From positions 24,925 to 88,924 of the IMG/VR virus record IMGVR_UViG_3300034106_006471: DNA of 64,000 nt. One strand, written 5' to 3'. The notes beneath the pieces are model-generated. The model had not been told where the DNA came from. It did no database searches and was given only the letters and a program-made list of their open reading frames with translations. The position numbers were made by a program, and so were the translations under genes. How positions within the stretch are numbered: position 1 is the stretch's first letter; each line of letters starts with the position of its first letter. Origin of the DNA: a virus. This document shows positions 41,068-49,855 of the stretch, piece after piece.

Positions 41068-41960
41068 TGTTTTTTCCTTAAATAATTTTTTCTAGCTTGA
41101 ATTGTTGCTAGGTTTCTGTTTGGAAGCATGGGTACTAGATTTTTTGTTTGTCTTTCATTAATATGTTTCAATATAATAGCATCTTCTTTTTCGGTCCAAA
41201 ACTTATAATCTGAACTGATTTCTAAAAATTTATCATATTTTCTTTGTAGTTTAAAGGTGGCATCTTTATATATAACATCAAACAACTTGATGCAGTCTGT
41301 TTGACAGAACTTAAGTTCATAGTATTTTTTCTTTATTTTTTTAACATTGCCAAATCCTAAATAGTTATGAATATCATCTAAAATCTGTTTGGATACAGAC
41401 ACTATATTGGCATAGTAATAGTCTTTGCCTCTACGATGAAAATTCGTTTTCCATATCGACCCATCTCCATCAAAAAATCCACGAATAAAATGACTTATGT
41501 ATTTCTTGGGCATCTTTGGTAATTTTAGATTAAATGTTTTATTATGATCTATACCTAATTTAATTAATTTTTTGTGTATTTTTTTGGAAAATATACATAT
41601 TTGGCATTTATCTTTTGATACTCTGATTTTAGATTCTGTAGATATTTTATCTCTAATGTACTCTAGCATGGCTATGTCTTTTATGTGTATTCCAATAGTA
41701 ATATATGGTCTTTTTTCCCAAACATGGCCGTCTGATGCGATAAAACCTAGACAATAAGCTAGATCTATGGACCACTTAGTAAAAAATTTATCATTGGCAA
41801 AATATTTTATTTGAGCCCCACTGGATTTTTTAGGAATTCCATACTTTTCTATATAATTAAGAACAGTCGTTCTTCCAATATTTTTTATTTTGGATATTTG
41901 TATAGATCCAAGATTTTGAATAACATATAAATTATATAGTTCATTCTTATCAATTAACAT
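41064..41960 (-). mobile_element. free-standing LAGLIDADG homing endonuclease between the split-intein halves
   Basis: Two motifs LAYCLGFIASDGHV and HFIRGFFDGDGSI; N-terminal HTH-like and C-terminal WTEKED..PNRN..TIQAR (Myb-like) segments; stop overlaps the IntC start (GTGA). Confidence 0.88.
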
Positions 41961-41996
41961 AAATTACACTGTAAATAGTTTAATAAATATCATAAT

Positions 41997-42293
41997 CTAT
42001 GCTATACACATAATTTCTAAATTGTTAAGCAAAATTTCTGATAATGGATGAACTTTATTATCGGAACATAAAAATTTATGCTCCATAGTACAGGTTATAT
42101 GATTTCCATTATCTAATGTTATTTTAAAGACTTCTTGTTTACCATGATCATATTTCTTAATAACTTCAATATATTTATTTTCATATGTATTGTCATTACT
42201 TATTACTGGAGAAAGTATCTTTTCTCCTATGTCTAGATCTTTTATTGTTTTTTCTCCTGATTCAGTCAGCACCACAGTTTCTTCTAGTATCGA
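41997..42293 (-). other. split intein N-fragment (IntN, ~98 aa)
   Basis: K|SILEETVVLTESGEKTIKDLDIGEKILS (block A starting with Ser) ... GKQEVFKITLDNGNHITCTMEHKF (block B TxxH). Confidence 0.9.
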
Positions 42294-42890
42294 CTTATTA
42301 AAACTGTACCTTTGACTTTTTTCGATCCATCCGAATATTTCCTGGGCATCATTATCATTAACAATATTTTGTTTTTTACATCCCTCTAAAAATTTACCTT
42401 TAATTTCCGCCATAAGCTTAACATCTTTTTTTCCAATGCTTTTTCTTAAAGTATCGCTTTCTGATAATGTGAAACCAGCAATATCTTTTGCTATTTGTAT
42501 AGCTTGTTCTTGGTAAATTAATTCGCCAAGAGTTCCACTCAGGATAGGCTCTAAAGATGGATGAAAATAATCTATACTTTCATTATGATTTTTTCTATCT
42601 ATATAGTGATTTGTAACGCTTTTACCGTCTCTAATAGCTTCTAATGATCCTGGCCTTAAAATAGAAATCAAAGCAGACAACTGCTCCATATTTTCTGGTT
42701 TAAGTTTTTTGGCAATACTTTGACCCAAACGACTTTCTAGCTGAAATACTCCCTTAGTATTTCCATCTGAAATTAGATTCCATGTTTTTTTACAATTTAA
42801 ATTAATATTCTCTATTTTAGGAGAAAATATAATTCTATTGTCTTCAACACAAGAAAAAGAACAACCACAATCAAACTGTAATTTAGTCAT
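41997..42890 (-). CDS. dnaE: DNA polymerase III alpha, middle (finger) fragment ending in split-intein N-part
   Basis: GNTKGVFQLES..LKPENMEQLSALISILRPG, TLGELIYQEQ, AGFTLSESDTLRKSIGKK, RYSFNK, then IntN. Confidence 0.92.
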   Translation of the reverse strand: MTKLQFDCGCSFSCVEDNRIIFSPKIENINLNCKKTWNLISDGNTKGVFQLESRLGQSIAKKLKPENMEQLSALISILRPGSLEAIRDGKSVTNHYIDRKNHNESIDYFHPSLEPILSGTLGELIYQEQAIQIAKDIAGFTLSESDTLRKSIGKKDVKLMAEIKGKFLEGCKKQNIVNDNDAQEIFGWIEKSQRYSFNKSILEETVVLTESGEKTIKDLDIGEKILSPVISNDNTYENKYIEVIKKYDHGKQEVFKITLDNGNHITCTMEHKFLCSDNKVHPLSEILLNNLEIMCIA

Positions 42891-43585
42891 TATGAGTTAA
42901 CAAAAGATCCTTTAAATTTAATTTTTTGACTTAAATTTCTGTGCAATCTTAAAAATCTAACAGCTATTTCTGCTGTGTCTTTTACATCTTTTAAAGCATC
43001 ATGAGAACCGTCTTTATTAATGCCTAAATAATCTCTTAAATTATCTAGAGTATAGTTTTTAAGTTCATTGTTTCCCTCAAACCAATAAAAGATAACATTC
43101 ATTATATCTAATATGTCTCTAGGATAGAATAATGATGATGACCCTTCTTTATTTAAGTTGCCATATTTTTTACTTAACCTATTGACTATCTTCATATCAA
43201 AGCGATTAATATTATATCCAGATGCTATTGGAGCACTAAAAAAACTCTTTTTGGTATTTCTGGTATGATACATATCTAAGTAGGATACAAATCTTTCCCA
43301 CCCATTTTTTTGATCTGGATAATTTTTCCAAGAAGAAAGAATATCTTCTTTAGAACATCCTCTAACTTTTGAATGAAAATCTAAAACATCACTGTCCCCA
43401 TAAGCATAGCTTTCATTATCTATTAATTTTTCTGGTTTTAAATTAATATTAAATTCTGAATCTGGTATAACTTCTAATTTTAGAGGGTCTACCATAATAG
43501 CAGCAATTTGAACGGGACTGCATGATTCTGGATCGGACCCGTCTGTTTCCATATCAAAAACACAAATTTTTTGTAGATTAGGCAT
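42890..43585 (-). CDS. DEDDh 3'-5' exonuclease (DnaQ/epsilon-like)
   Basis: VFDMETDG (ExoI), SGYNINRFD (ExoII), HDALKD (ExoIII). Confidence 0.88.
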   Translation of the reverse strand: MPNLQKICVFDMETDGSDPESCSPVQIAAIMVDPLKLEVIPDSEFNINLKPEKLIDNESYAYGDSDVLDFHSKVRGCSKEDILSSWKNYPDQKNGWERFVSYLDMYHTRNTKKSFFSAPIASGYNINRFDMKIVNRLSKKYGNLNKEGSSSLFYPRDILDIMNVIFYWFEGNNELKNYTLDNLRDYLGINKDGSHDALKDVKDTAEIAVRFLRLHRNLSQKIKFKGSFVNS

Positions 43586-43757
43586 TTATTCCTACTTCCG
43601 ATGATGGTTGAACGTAAATGGTATTATTACTATCATTAGCCGAGCAGGCATTTACTGTTTTGCAACAACTTACTCTAACGTCGTTGATTTTAATAAACTC
43701 TTGACCATTCAATGTGAATCTATCTCCTACCGCTAGTTCTGAAAATACTTTATTCAT
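43578..43757 (-). CDS. small hypothetical protein (59 aa, not in ORF track)
   Basis: MNKVFSELAVGDRFTLNGQEFIKINDVRVSCCKTVNACSANDSNNTIYVQPSSEVGINA; ATGA overlap with the dnaE-N stop, GGAG SD upstream, fills the gap exactly. Confidence 0.7.
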   Translation of the reverse strand: MNKVFSELAVGDRFTLNGQEFIKINDVRVSCCKTVNACSANDSNNTIYVQPSSEVGINA

Positions 43758-45634
43758 AATTCTACTCCTTGATTATATAGTATATCTGAAATATGCATAG
43801 CTTTATCTAGAAATGCTAATCCTAGTATATCAAATTTAATAACTCCCAAAGCTTCTAAGTCATTCATTTCCATGCCTGCGATCATTTGTTGATTTTTATT
43901 ATCATATATCATAGGACAAATATCTTCTAGATTATCTCTAGATATTACTACACCAGCAGCATGTTTTGATTGATTAGACTTGGTGCCTTCTAATCTTATA
44001 GCTTGTTCGAATCTTTTTGCAAGCGGACCTTCTAGTGTCTCATCTTCTTTTAAAGAACACCACTCTTTTAGCTTATCTGAACTATTTTCTAGAGCCCATC
44101 TAATAATACTAGATTCGCCTGTTTCTTCTTTCATTTCTTGAAGCTCGTCTGCAATTTTAGCTTCGTCAGGTATATTTTTGGTTATTTTATTCATCTCTTC
44201 AAAACTAATATTGCCATACACTCTTAAAACTTCTTTTAAAGCCCCTCTTCCTTTCATTGTATTAAAAGTTAACATTTGTGCTACTTTTTTAGTTCCATAT
44301 TTATTTTTGATATAATCAATAACATAATCTCTTTTATTAATAGGAACGTCTATATCTATATCTGGTAGAGATACTCTGTCTTTGGAGGATCTACCAATAT
44401 TGTAAAATCTTTCAAAAATTAGATGATAAGGAATAGGATTTACTCCAGTTATTCCTATAAGATATGAAACTAAACAACCGGCCGCACTTCCTCGACCAAC
44501 TCCAGCCAACCAATTATTTTTCTTTACATAATCAACAATATCCTGAACTATTAAAAAATAACTACTTAAACCAGCACCCTGAAGAACTTCTAGTTCATGT
44601 TTTATTCTATCTACATAAATATTTTCATCTTCTTTAGATACTTTATTTTGAATTTTATCTCTCCAGCCATTTCTACATAATTGTCTTAGATATTGATCAG
44701 GATCATATCCTTCCGGACAATCAAAAGTTGGAAGAACTGGTCTGCTAGTAATATCATAATTTTCGCATAAGCTATCTACAAAATTGGTATTTTCTAATTC
44801 TTCTTCTGTATGAATATCTAGCATTTCTTGAAAAGAAGGAATATGATACTTATCTGATTTAAAAAAGCATCCCATGGGTGCTGATTCGTCATTTAATATT
44901 TTTCTATTAACTTCTGGTAATGTTAATTTTAAATTATTACATATTAATACTCTTTGATCAACAGCATCTTCGCTTTCACAATAATGAGCATCTGGGGTTG
45001 CTATTAATTTTGTTTGTGTTTTTTGACCTATAGTTCTAATTAAGTTTGTTAAAGCAATTTGATCAGCATTGTGTTCTTGGTCTATTAATTGAGATTCTAA
45101 AAAGAAATTATCATTTCCAAACATACCTTTCATTTTACTAACAAATTCGCAGCCTAAATGAATAGGACTATCAGCTTTATGTAGTAGATTAGACAGTGAT
45201 GAACCTAAATGGCCACAGAAACCAATAATATTACCATCTAAAAGAGTTGATAAAGTATCAAAATCCAATCTTGGCTTATGATAGAACCTATCAGGATTAT
45301 TGCTAGCAGATATTATTTTTATTAAAGTTTTCCATCCATTATAGTTTTTAGCAAGTAGTAAAAAATGAGACAGTTGACTATTTTCTTTAGTTTTTAGTGT
45401 TGAGTTTTGATCACATACATATATTTCACAGCCTAATATTGGTTTAATTCCTGCTTTTTTCATATGAGAATAAAATTGCACAGCACCGCTAATAGAGCCG
45501 TGATCAGTTAGAGCACAAGAAGTTGCTCCTATTTTTGCACATCTAGCAGCTATTTGTGCTGGCTTACTTAAGCCATCTAGCAACGAGAAGTGGGAGTGTA
45601 CATGTAGGGGCGTGTATTTGCCTCCTGTTGTCAT
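43754..45634 (-). CDS. dnaE: DNA polymerase III alpha, N-terminal fragment (PHP + palm/thumb)
   Basis: LHVHSHFSLLDG, ALTDHG, KPILGCE, DAHY (PHP); GVGRGSAAGCLVSYLIGIT, PDIDID, SKHAAGVVI, KFDILGL. Stops about 20 aa after KFD. Confidence 0.95.
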   Translation of the reverse strand: MTTGGKYTPLHVHSHFSLLDGLSKPAQIAARCAKIGATSCALTDHGSISGAVQFYSHMKKAGIKPILGCEIYVCDQNSTLKTKENSQLSHFLLLAKNYNGWKTLIKIISASNNPDRFYHKPRLDFDTLSTLLDGNIIGFCGHLGSSLSNLLHKADSPIHLGCEFVSKMKGMFGNDNFFLESQLIDQEHNADQIALTNLIRTIGQKTQTKLIATPDAHYCESEDAVDQRVLICNNLKLTLPEVNRKILNDESAPMGCFFKSDKYHIPSFQEMLDIHTEEELENTNFVDSLCENYDITSRPVLPTFDCPEGYDPDQYLRQLCRNGWRDKIQNKVSKEDENIYVDRIKHELEVLQGAGLSSYFLIVQDIVDYVKKNNWLAGVGRGSAAGCLVSYLIGITGVNPIPYHLIFERFYNIGRSSKDRVSLPDIDIDVPINKRDYVIDYIKNKYGTKKVAQMLTFNTMKGRGALKEVLRVYGNISFEEMNKITKNIPDEAKIADELQEMKEETGESSIIRWALENSSDKLKEWCSLKEDETLEGPLAKRFEQAIRLEGTKSNQSKHAAGVVISRDNLEDICPMIYDNKNQQMIAGMEMNDLEALGVIKFDILGLAFLDKAMHISDILYNQGVEL

Positions 45635-45645
45635 TTTTTAAACCT

Positions 45646-46689
45646 TTAGTGTGTTGAGCCAGGTGATTTATAAAACCCGACAGAGTGATTTGGTGCGCTA
45701 TAGTTTTGTACCACATGATCCATACCATGCAACTCTATTTCGTGACGAATTTGTTCACATTTTGTCATATGTTTACCAAATGGAGTAATTTGATTATCTC
45801 TATATTCAATAATTGGGTCTATATTTGTATTTTCAAAAGTAGTTTTACCAAAATGACACAATTTGGTACACATCCAACATTTATTTAGTTTAGGCTTTTT
45901 AACATTTTTTATAAGCTCAAATTTTTGTCGTAACATATCCTCCGTGCTTGCTAAATCTTTTTTATCAAAACAAATAGAAAATGGGCCACCGTCATTTACA
46001 AAATATATAGAAAAAATAATATGTTCTATTTCAGGATATAATTTACTAATAGCATAATGATAAATTTTTAATTGAGGATCTTTTTCTAATTTTTCTATTG
46101 TTTTTTCTTCTCCAGTAGCCCAGTCCAATCTTCTTCCAGTTTTCCAGTCTATGATTTCAATAGTTTTATTATTTGCCAGTGTGATTAAGTCTATTGTTCC
46201 TTTTAAGGCCAAATTACCAGATATTTCTCCAGACGGAGTTTTGAAGTTGTATTGGGCCCACTTCTTATCTATTGTAAAATCAAAATGCTGCTCAGGAGAA
46301 ATTATTTGTCTGTTTCTCGGATCAAACATACCATTATTAAATTCTATAGCTTTATAGACCCAACTATGACAATCTTTGTAGTCTTTATTAGTCCAATTAT
46401 GGTGACTATTAGCTGTTGAGTAGTAGTCGTATACTTTTTTAATAATAGAATCTAAACTATATGATGAACAACTAATTTTACCTACTACATCATCTTGGAT
46501 AAAATCTATATTGTCCTGTTGAGCTTTTTTGATTACTGCAAGTATTTCTAAAATTTTATGAACAGTTGTCCCTTTGTCTGCTTTAAGGCCGCTTGGACCT
46601 CTCCAGCCTAAAACATACTCGATAAAATATTGCTGTTCACAAAGAGAATGAGTATTGTACGAAGAGCTTCTGAAATATGTAGTAATTAT
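45646..46689 (-). CDS. Cas4/AddB-like PD-(D/E)XK exonuclease, probable ATA start
   Basis: Frame is open 120 codons upstream of the tracked Met (46329), giving IITTYFRSSSYNTHSLCEQQYFIEYVLG..ADKGTTVHKILE; LKGTIDLI, EIIDWKTG, QLKIYHYA; C-terminal CWMCTKLCHF. Confidence 0.8.
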   Translation of the reverse strand: MITTYFRSSSYNTHSLCEQQYFIEYVLGWRGPSGLKADKGTTVHKILEILAVIKKAQQDNIDFIQDDVVGKISCSSYSLDSIIKKVYDYYSTANSHHNWTNKDYKDCHSWVYKAIEFNNGMFDPRNRQIISPEQHFDFTIDKKWAQYNFKTPSGEISGNLALKGTIDLITLANNKTIEIIDWKTGRRLDWATGEEKTIEKLEKDPQLKIYHYAISKLYPEIEHIIFSIYFVNDGGPFSICFDKKDLASTEDMLRQKFELIKNVKKPKLNKCWMCTKLCHFGKTTFENTNIDPIIEYRDNQITPFGKHMTKCEQIRHEIELHGMDHVVQNYSAPNHSVGFYKSPGSTH

Positions 46690-47273
46690 GGTAGTAGTCC
46701 TTTATATTGTAAAAAATCTAAAATTTGTTTATTTTTAATTTCTATATTTTGATCTTTATTGTCTATAACCAAACTAAATTGATTCCAATTATATTTATCT
46801 GCATCTAATGCACTCTCACTATTTGATAATGAATGAAATGGGTCTAATGTTAGTCTAATAATATTAGCACCATGTTGAAGTAAAGTATCTACTTCATTTG
46901 GGAATCTACAATCTGGTATAATTGCTAGATCTGGCTTTTCTTTTTGTATTTTAAAGATTGTTGCTCTTACCCAAACATCATTAAATAATTGTCTAAAAAT
47001 ATCTGTGCCAATTACTTCCATAGCTCTTCTTGCCGTTAATTTCTCACCATTCCAAGATAAGTCTGTTAATGTATTTTTATCCATATCGGACCCATAACAT
47101 TGATCATATGTCATACCCAAAATATTCATACAAATATCTTTTTTAAGAGGATCGGCAAAATTATAAATTTTACAATTTAATTCTGGAAAATTATCTTTGT
47201 ATAAAGATTCTACATATTCAGCAGATGTGCTCTTGCCTGATTGTTTTCTTCCAGAAAATGCTAAAATATTCAT
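46686..47273 (-). CDS. deoxynucleoside monophosphate kinase
   Basis: ILAFSGRKQSGKST P-loop, FADPLK, TARRAMEVIGTDIFR, IPDCRFPNE. Confidence 0.9.
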   Translation of the reverse strand: MNILAFSGRKQSGKSTSAEYVESLYKDNFPELNCKIYNFADPLKKDICMNILGMTYDQCYGSDMDKNTLTDLSWNGEKLTARRAMEVIGTDIFRQLFNDVWVRATIFKIQKEKPDLAIIPDCRFPNEVDTLLQHGANIIRLTLDPFHSLSNSESALDADKYNWNQFSLVIDNKDQNIEIKNKQILDFLQYKGLLP

Positions 47274-48436
47274 AGTATTTTTTCTAATTGAGGAACTATT
47301 TCATTCTTAATTTGATCTATATTCATTTCTCCAATATCATTGGTAGAAATTTTTAATTTATATATATTATAAATTTTTTGACATTTACTAGCAATAGTTT
47401 CGGATGCTTTAAGTCCAGCTTCATCGTTGTCCATTGCTACAATAATAGTCATAGCTCCACTAGTGTCTAGAAGCATTTTTTGATTATTAGATAAATTTGT
47501 TCCAAAAAGAGCTACAGAATTATGAATTCCTGCTTCTTCTAATTTCCAAACATTTCCTGGACTCTCTACAAGAATAACAGAGTGACTGGTTTTAATAAAT
47601 TCTTTAGCAAACCAGAAATTGTATAGATTGTCTTGTGATTTAAAATTAAAGCTATGTTTCCATTTACTATATTTATATAAATCTTCTTTATTTGGACATT
47701 CTCCATCATGATAATGATCGCACTCGTTACATTTATTACATAAACTTCTGCCTGAGCAGCCAATCATATATTTATATCCGTAGTCATAAACAGGAACCAC
47801 TGCCCTGCCTGACATTTCTTTATTGGAAATTAAACAATCCCCTACATCATATTTATCTAAAATTTCAGAAGAGAATCCTCTATCTAAAAAATATTGTGAT
47901 GGTATTTTTAATAAATTTCTCACTGATGATCTTAAAATACCTTTAAGGGATTTATCTTTGACTGTGTTATTGGTTGTTATAGTCTCTATAGTATTGGCGA
48001 AGTTATTTTTTTCTATATGCTTTTTATCTACTTTAATATCTGATAGTCTTTGATTTAGAAATTTTTCAGCAAATTTTATAGTCTCATCAAATGAATATGA
48101 TTTATCTCCGTTTTGTTTCCAACCAAAATCTTGGTGAGACAGTACCCCTCTAATAAATCCTAGAATAGAAGATTTAAATATCTCTTCACATCCATGCGAT
48201 CTACATTTCCAATTACCTCTATACTTATCTCCTTCTGGATATAAATTAAACGCAGAGGAATTATCTCCACCATGTATCGGACAACTCATAGTTATAAGTT
48301 TTCCGGCTCTTTTGTATTCTATATCAAAAAAAGATAATAATTCATCTATTTTATCACATAATCTATCTGATAAAATTTTAAGCTTATTTTGATTATGAGA
48401 ACGAGATTTGGTTTGCTTCATCATTGTTGTCATCAA
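47270..48436 (-). CDS. dnaG: DNA primase (CHC2 zinc finger + TOPRIM)
   Basis: CPIHGGDN...WKCRSHGC; RAVVPVYD..IGCSGR; VILVESPGNVWKL; MDNDEAG; NDIGEM. Confidence 0.88.
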   Translation of the reverse strand: MMTTMMKQTKSRSHNQNKLKILSDRLCDKIDELLSFFDIEYKRAGKLITMSCPIHGGDNSSAFNLYPEGDKYRGNWKCRSHGCEEIFKSSILGFIRGVLSHQDFGWKQNGDKSYSFDETIKFAEKFLNQRLSDIKVDKKHIEKNNFANTIETITTNNTVKDKSLKGILRSSVRNLLKIPSQYFLDRGFSSEILDKYDVGDCLISNKEMSGRAVVPVYDYGYKYMIGCSGRSLCNKCNECDHYHDGECPNKEDLYKYSKWKHSFNFKSQDNLYNFWFAKEFIKTSHSVILVESPGNVWKLEEAGIHNSVALFGTNLSNNQKMLLDTSGAMTIIVAMDNDEAGLKASETIASKCQKIYNIYKLKISTNDIGEMNIDQIKNEIVPQLEKIL

Positions 48437-49853
48437 TTATAAATCCATCTTTACGTTTAGAACTTTTGTGAGATATTTCCAACTTAGTTTGACCCTCAGT
48501 AATTTTCGCACACCAACCTTTCATATGAAAATTAATATAATCATTATCATCCAATCCTGCTCCATGACGACTAATAAGAGGAATTAATTTTCTATTGCCA
48601 GATTCTCCAGCATCTTCTGCTATTTCTTCATCACTTTTTCTTTTGAAAATACTAAAATTGCTACATAGCCATATAATACGATCAGATCCGCTAGCAGTAT
48701 CTGTGCTTTCTTTACTTATACCATCCCTATTAAGCTGTATAAAAGATAGTATTGGTAATTGGTATTTTACAGCAAAGTTGTGAAGTGCTGTCATCATAAA
48801 CCCTAATACTTGATATTCTTTCATATCTTGAGAAATCCCATTACTATCCATTAGTTTGAGATAATCATAGATTATTAAACAATCTTTCGCTGTTCCGTCT
48901 GAGTTTGTTCCAACGCTTTTATGTATCCATCTTTTCATTAGGCTCAATTGCTCATCAAAAGCTTTGCCGGCTATAGACTTATAATAAATTGGCATTTTAT
49001 TAAGATTTTTACTAGCTTCTTTAATTTTTTCATGCTGGTTGGGGGACTCTGCAAATTTTCCTGTTTCGATTTTATTAATTTCTATTTCCGTCATCATAGC
49101 TAATAATCTATGTATATGATCTTTGCTATTCATTTCTGTATCCATATTTAGAACAGGTATTCCTAATTTACCAGCCACATGCAAACTAACATTGTCGCAC
49201 CACAAACTTTTACCAACTTTTGGCCTAGCGGCTATTACGTTGATTGTTCCTTTTCTGAAGCCTCCTCCTATAGATTGATCGTATATTGGATACCCACTAG
49301 AAATTCCCATTTGCTGAATAGGATTATCTATTAAGTATTGAACATAGGATTCTGCATCTTTACCAAGCACAGTTGGTTCATTATCGCTACTAAGATTAGC
49401 TCCAAAATCGAATAAACTCTCTTCAGCAATACCTAAAATAGAAGATATAGGCTCAGATCCGGTAACATCTAGTAATTTTTCTTGAGCATTCTCTAATTCT
49501 TTATGGAGAGATCTTGCTATTTGTAGTTTTTTTATTTTAATAGCAAATTTTTTAATATTGTTTATGTCTGCCGGAAAATCTTTAATAGCCTTAAGATGCT
49601 GGGCTTCTTCTTTTTTTTGTAAAATATGACCAACACCCAGTTCTTGAGCAGCAGAGTATATGGATGCTATGTCTATTAATTTGGTATCTTCTTTATCAAA
49701 GATATGTTTTATACAATTAAAAATGATTTGATTACTATCTATAGTAAAAGTATCATTATTAATTAAATCATTAACTTCTAGATAAGCTGTATCTCCATAT
49801 TGCAAAATACAACTTAGAACAGCTCTTTCAGCTGATGGATCACATAAAATCAT
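48393..49853 (-). CDS. dnaB: replicative DNA helicase
   Basis: SAERAVLS; VIAARPKVGKS (Walker A), MDTEM, IIYDYLKLM, QLNR, SGSDRI. Confidence 0.93.
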   Translation of the reverse strand: MILCDPSAERAVLSCILQYGDTAYLEVNDLINNDTFTIDSNQIIFNCIKHIFDKEDTKLIDIASIYSAAQELGVGHILQKKEEAQHLKAIKDFPADINNIKKFAIKIKKLQIARSLHKELENAQEKLLDVTGSEPISSILGIAEESLFDFGANLSSDNEPTVLGKDAESYVQYLIDNPIQQMGISSGYPIYDQSIGGGFRKGTINVIAARPKVGKSLWCDNVSLHVAGKLGIPVLNMDTEMNSKDHIHRLLAMMTEIEINKIETGKFAESPNQHEKIKEASKNLNKMPIYYKSIAGKAFDEQLSLMKRWIHKSVGTNSDGTAKDCLIIYDYLKLMDSNGISQDMKEYQVLGFMMTALHNFAVKYQLPILSFIQLNRDGISKESTDTASGSDRIIWLCSNFSIFKRKSDEEIAEDAGESGNRKLIPLISRHGAGLDDNDYINFHMKGWCAKITEGQTKLEISHKSSKRKDGFIIDDNNDEANQISFS

Positions 49854-49855
49854 AA

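Noticed and set aside
42890-43757. Group I/II intron interrupting dnaE
   Set aside because: The interval is fully occupied by two translationally coupled ORFs with no non-coding space for a ribozyme core, and the downstream fragment has its own coupled start.
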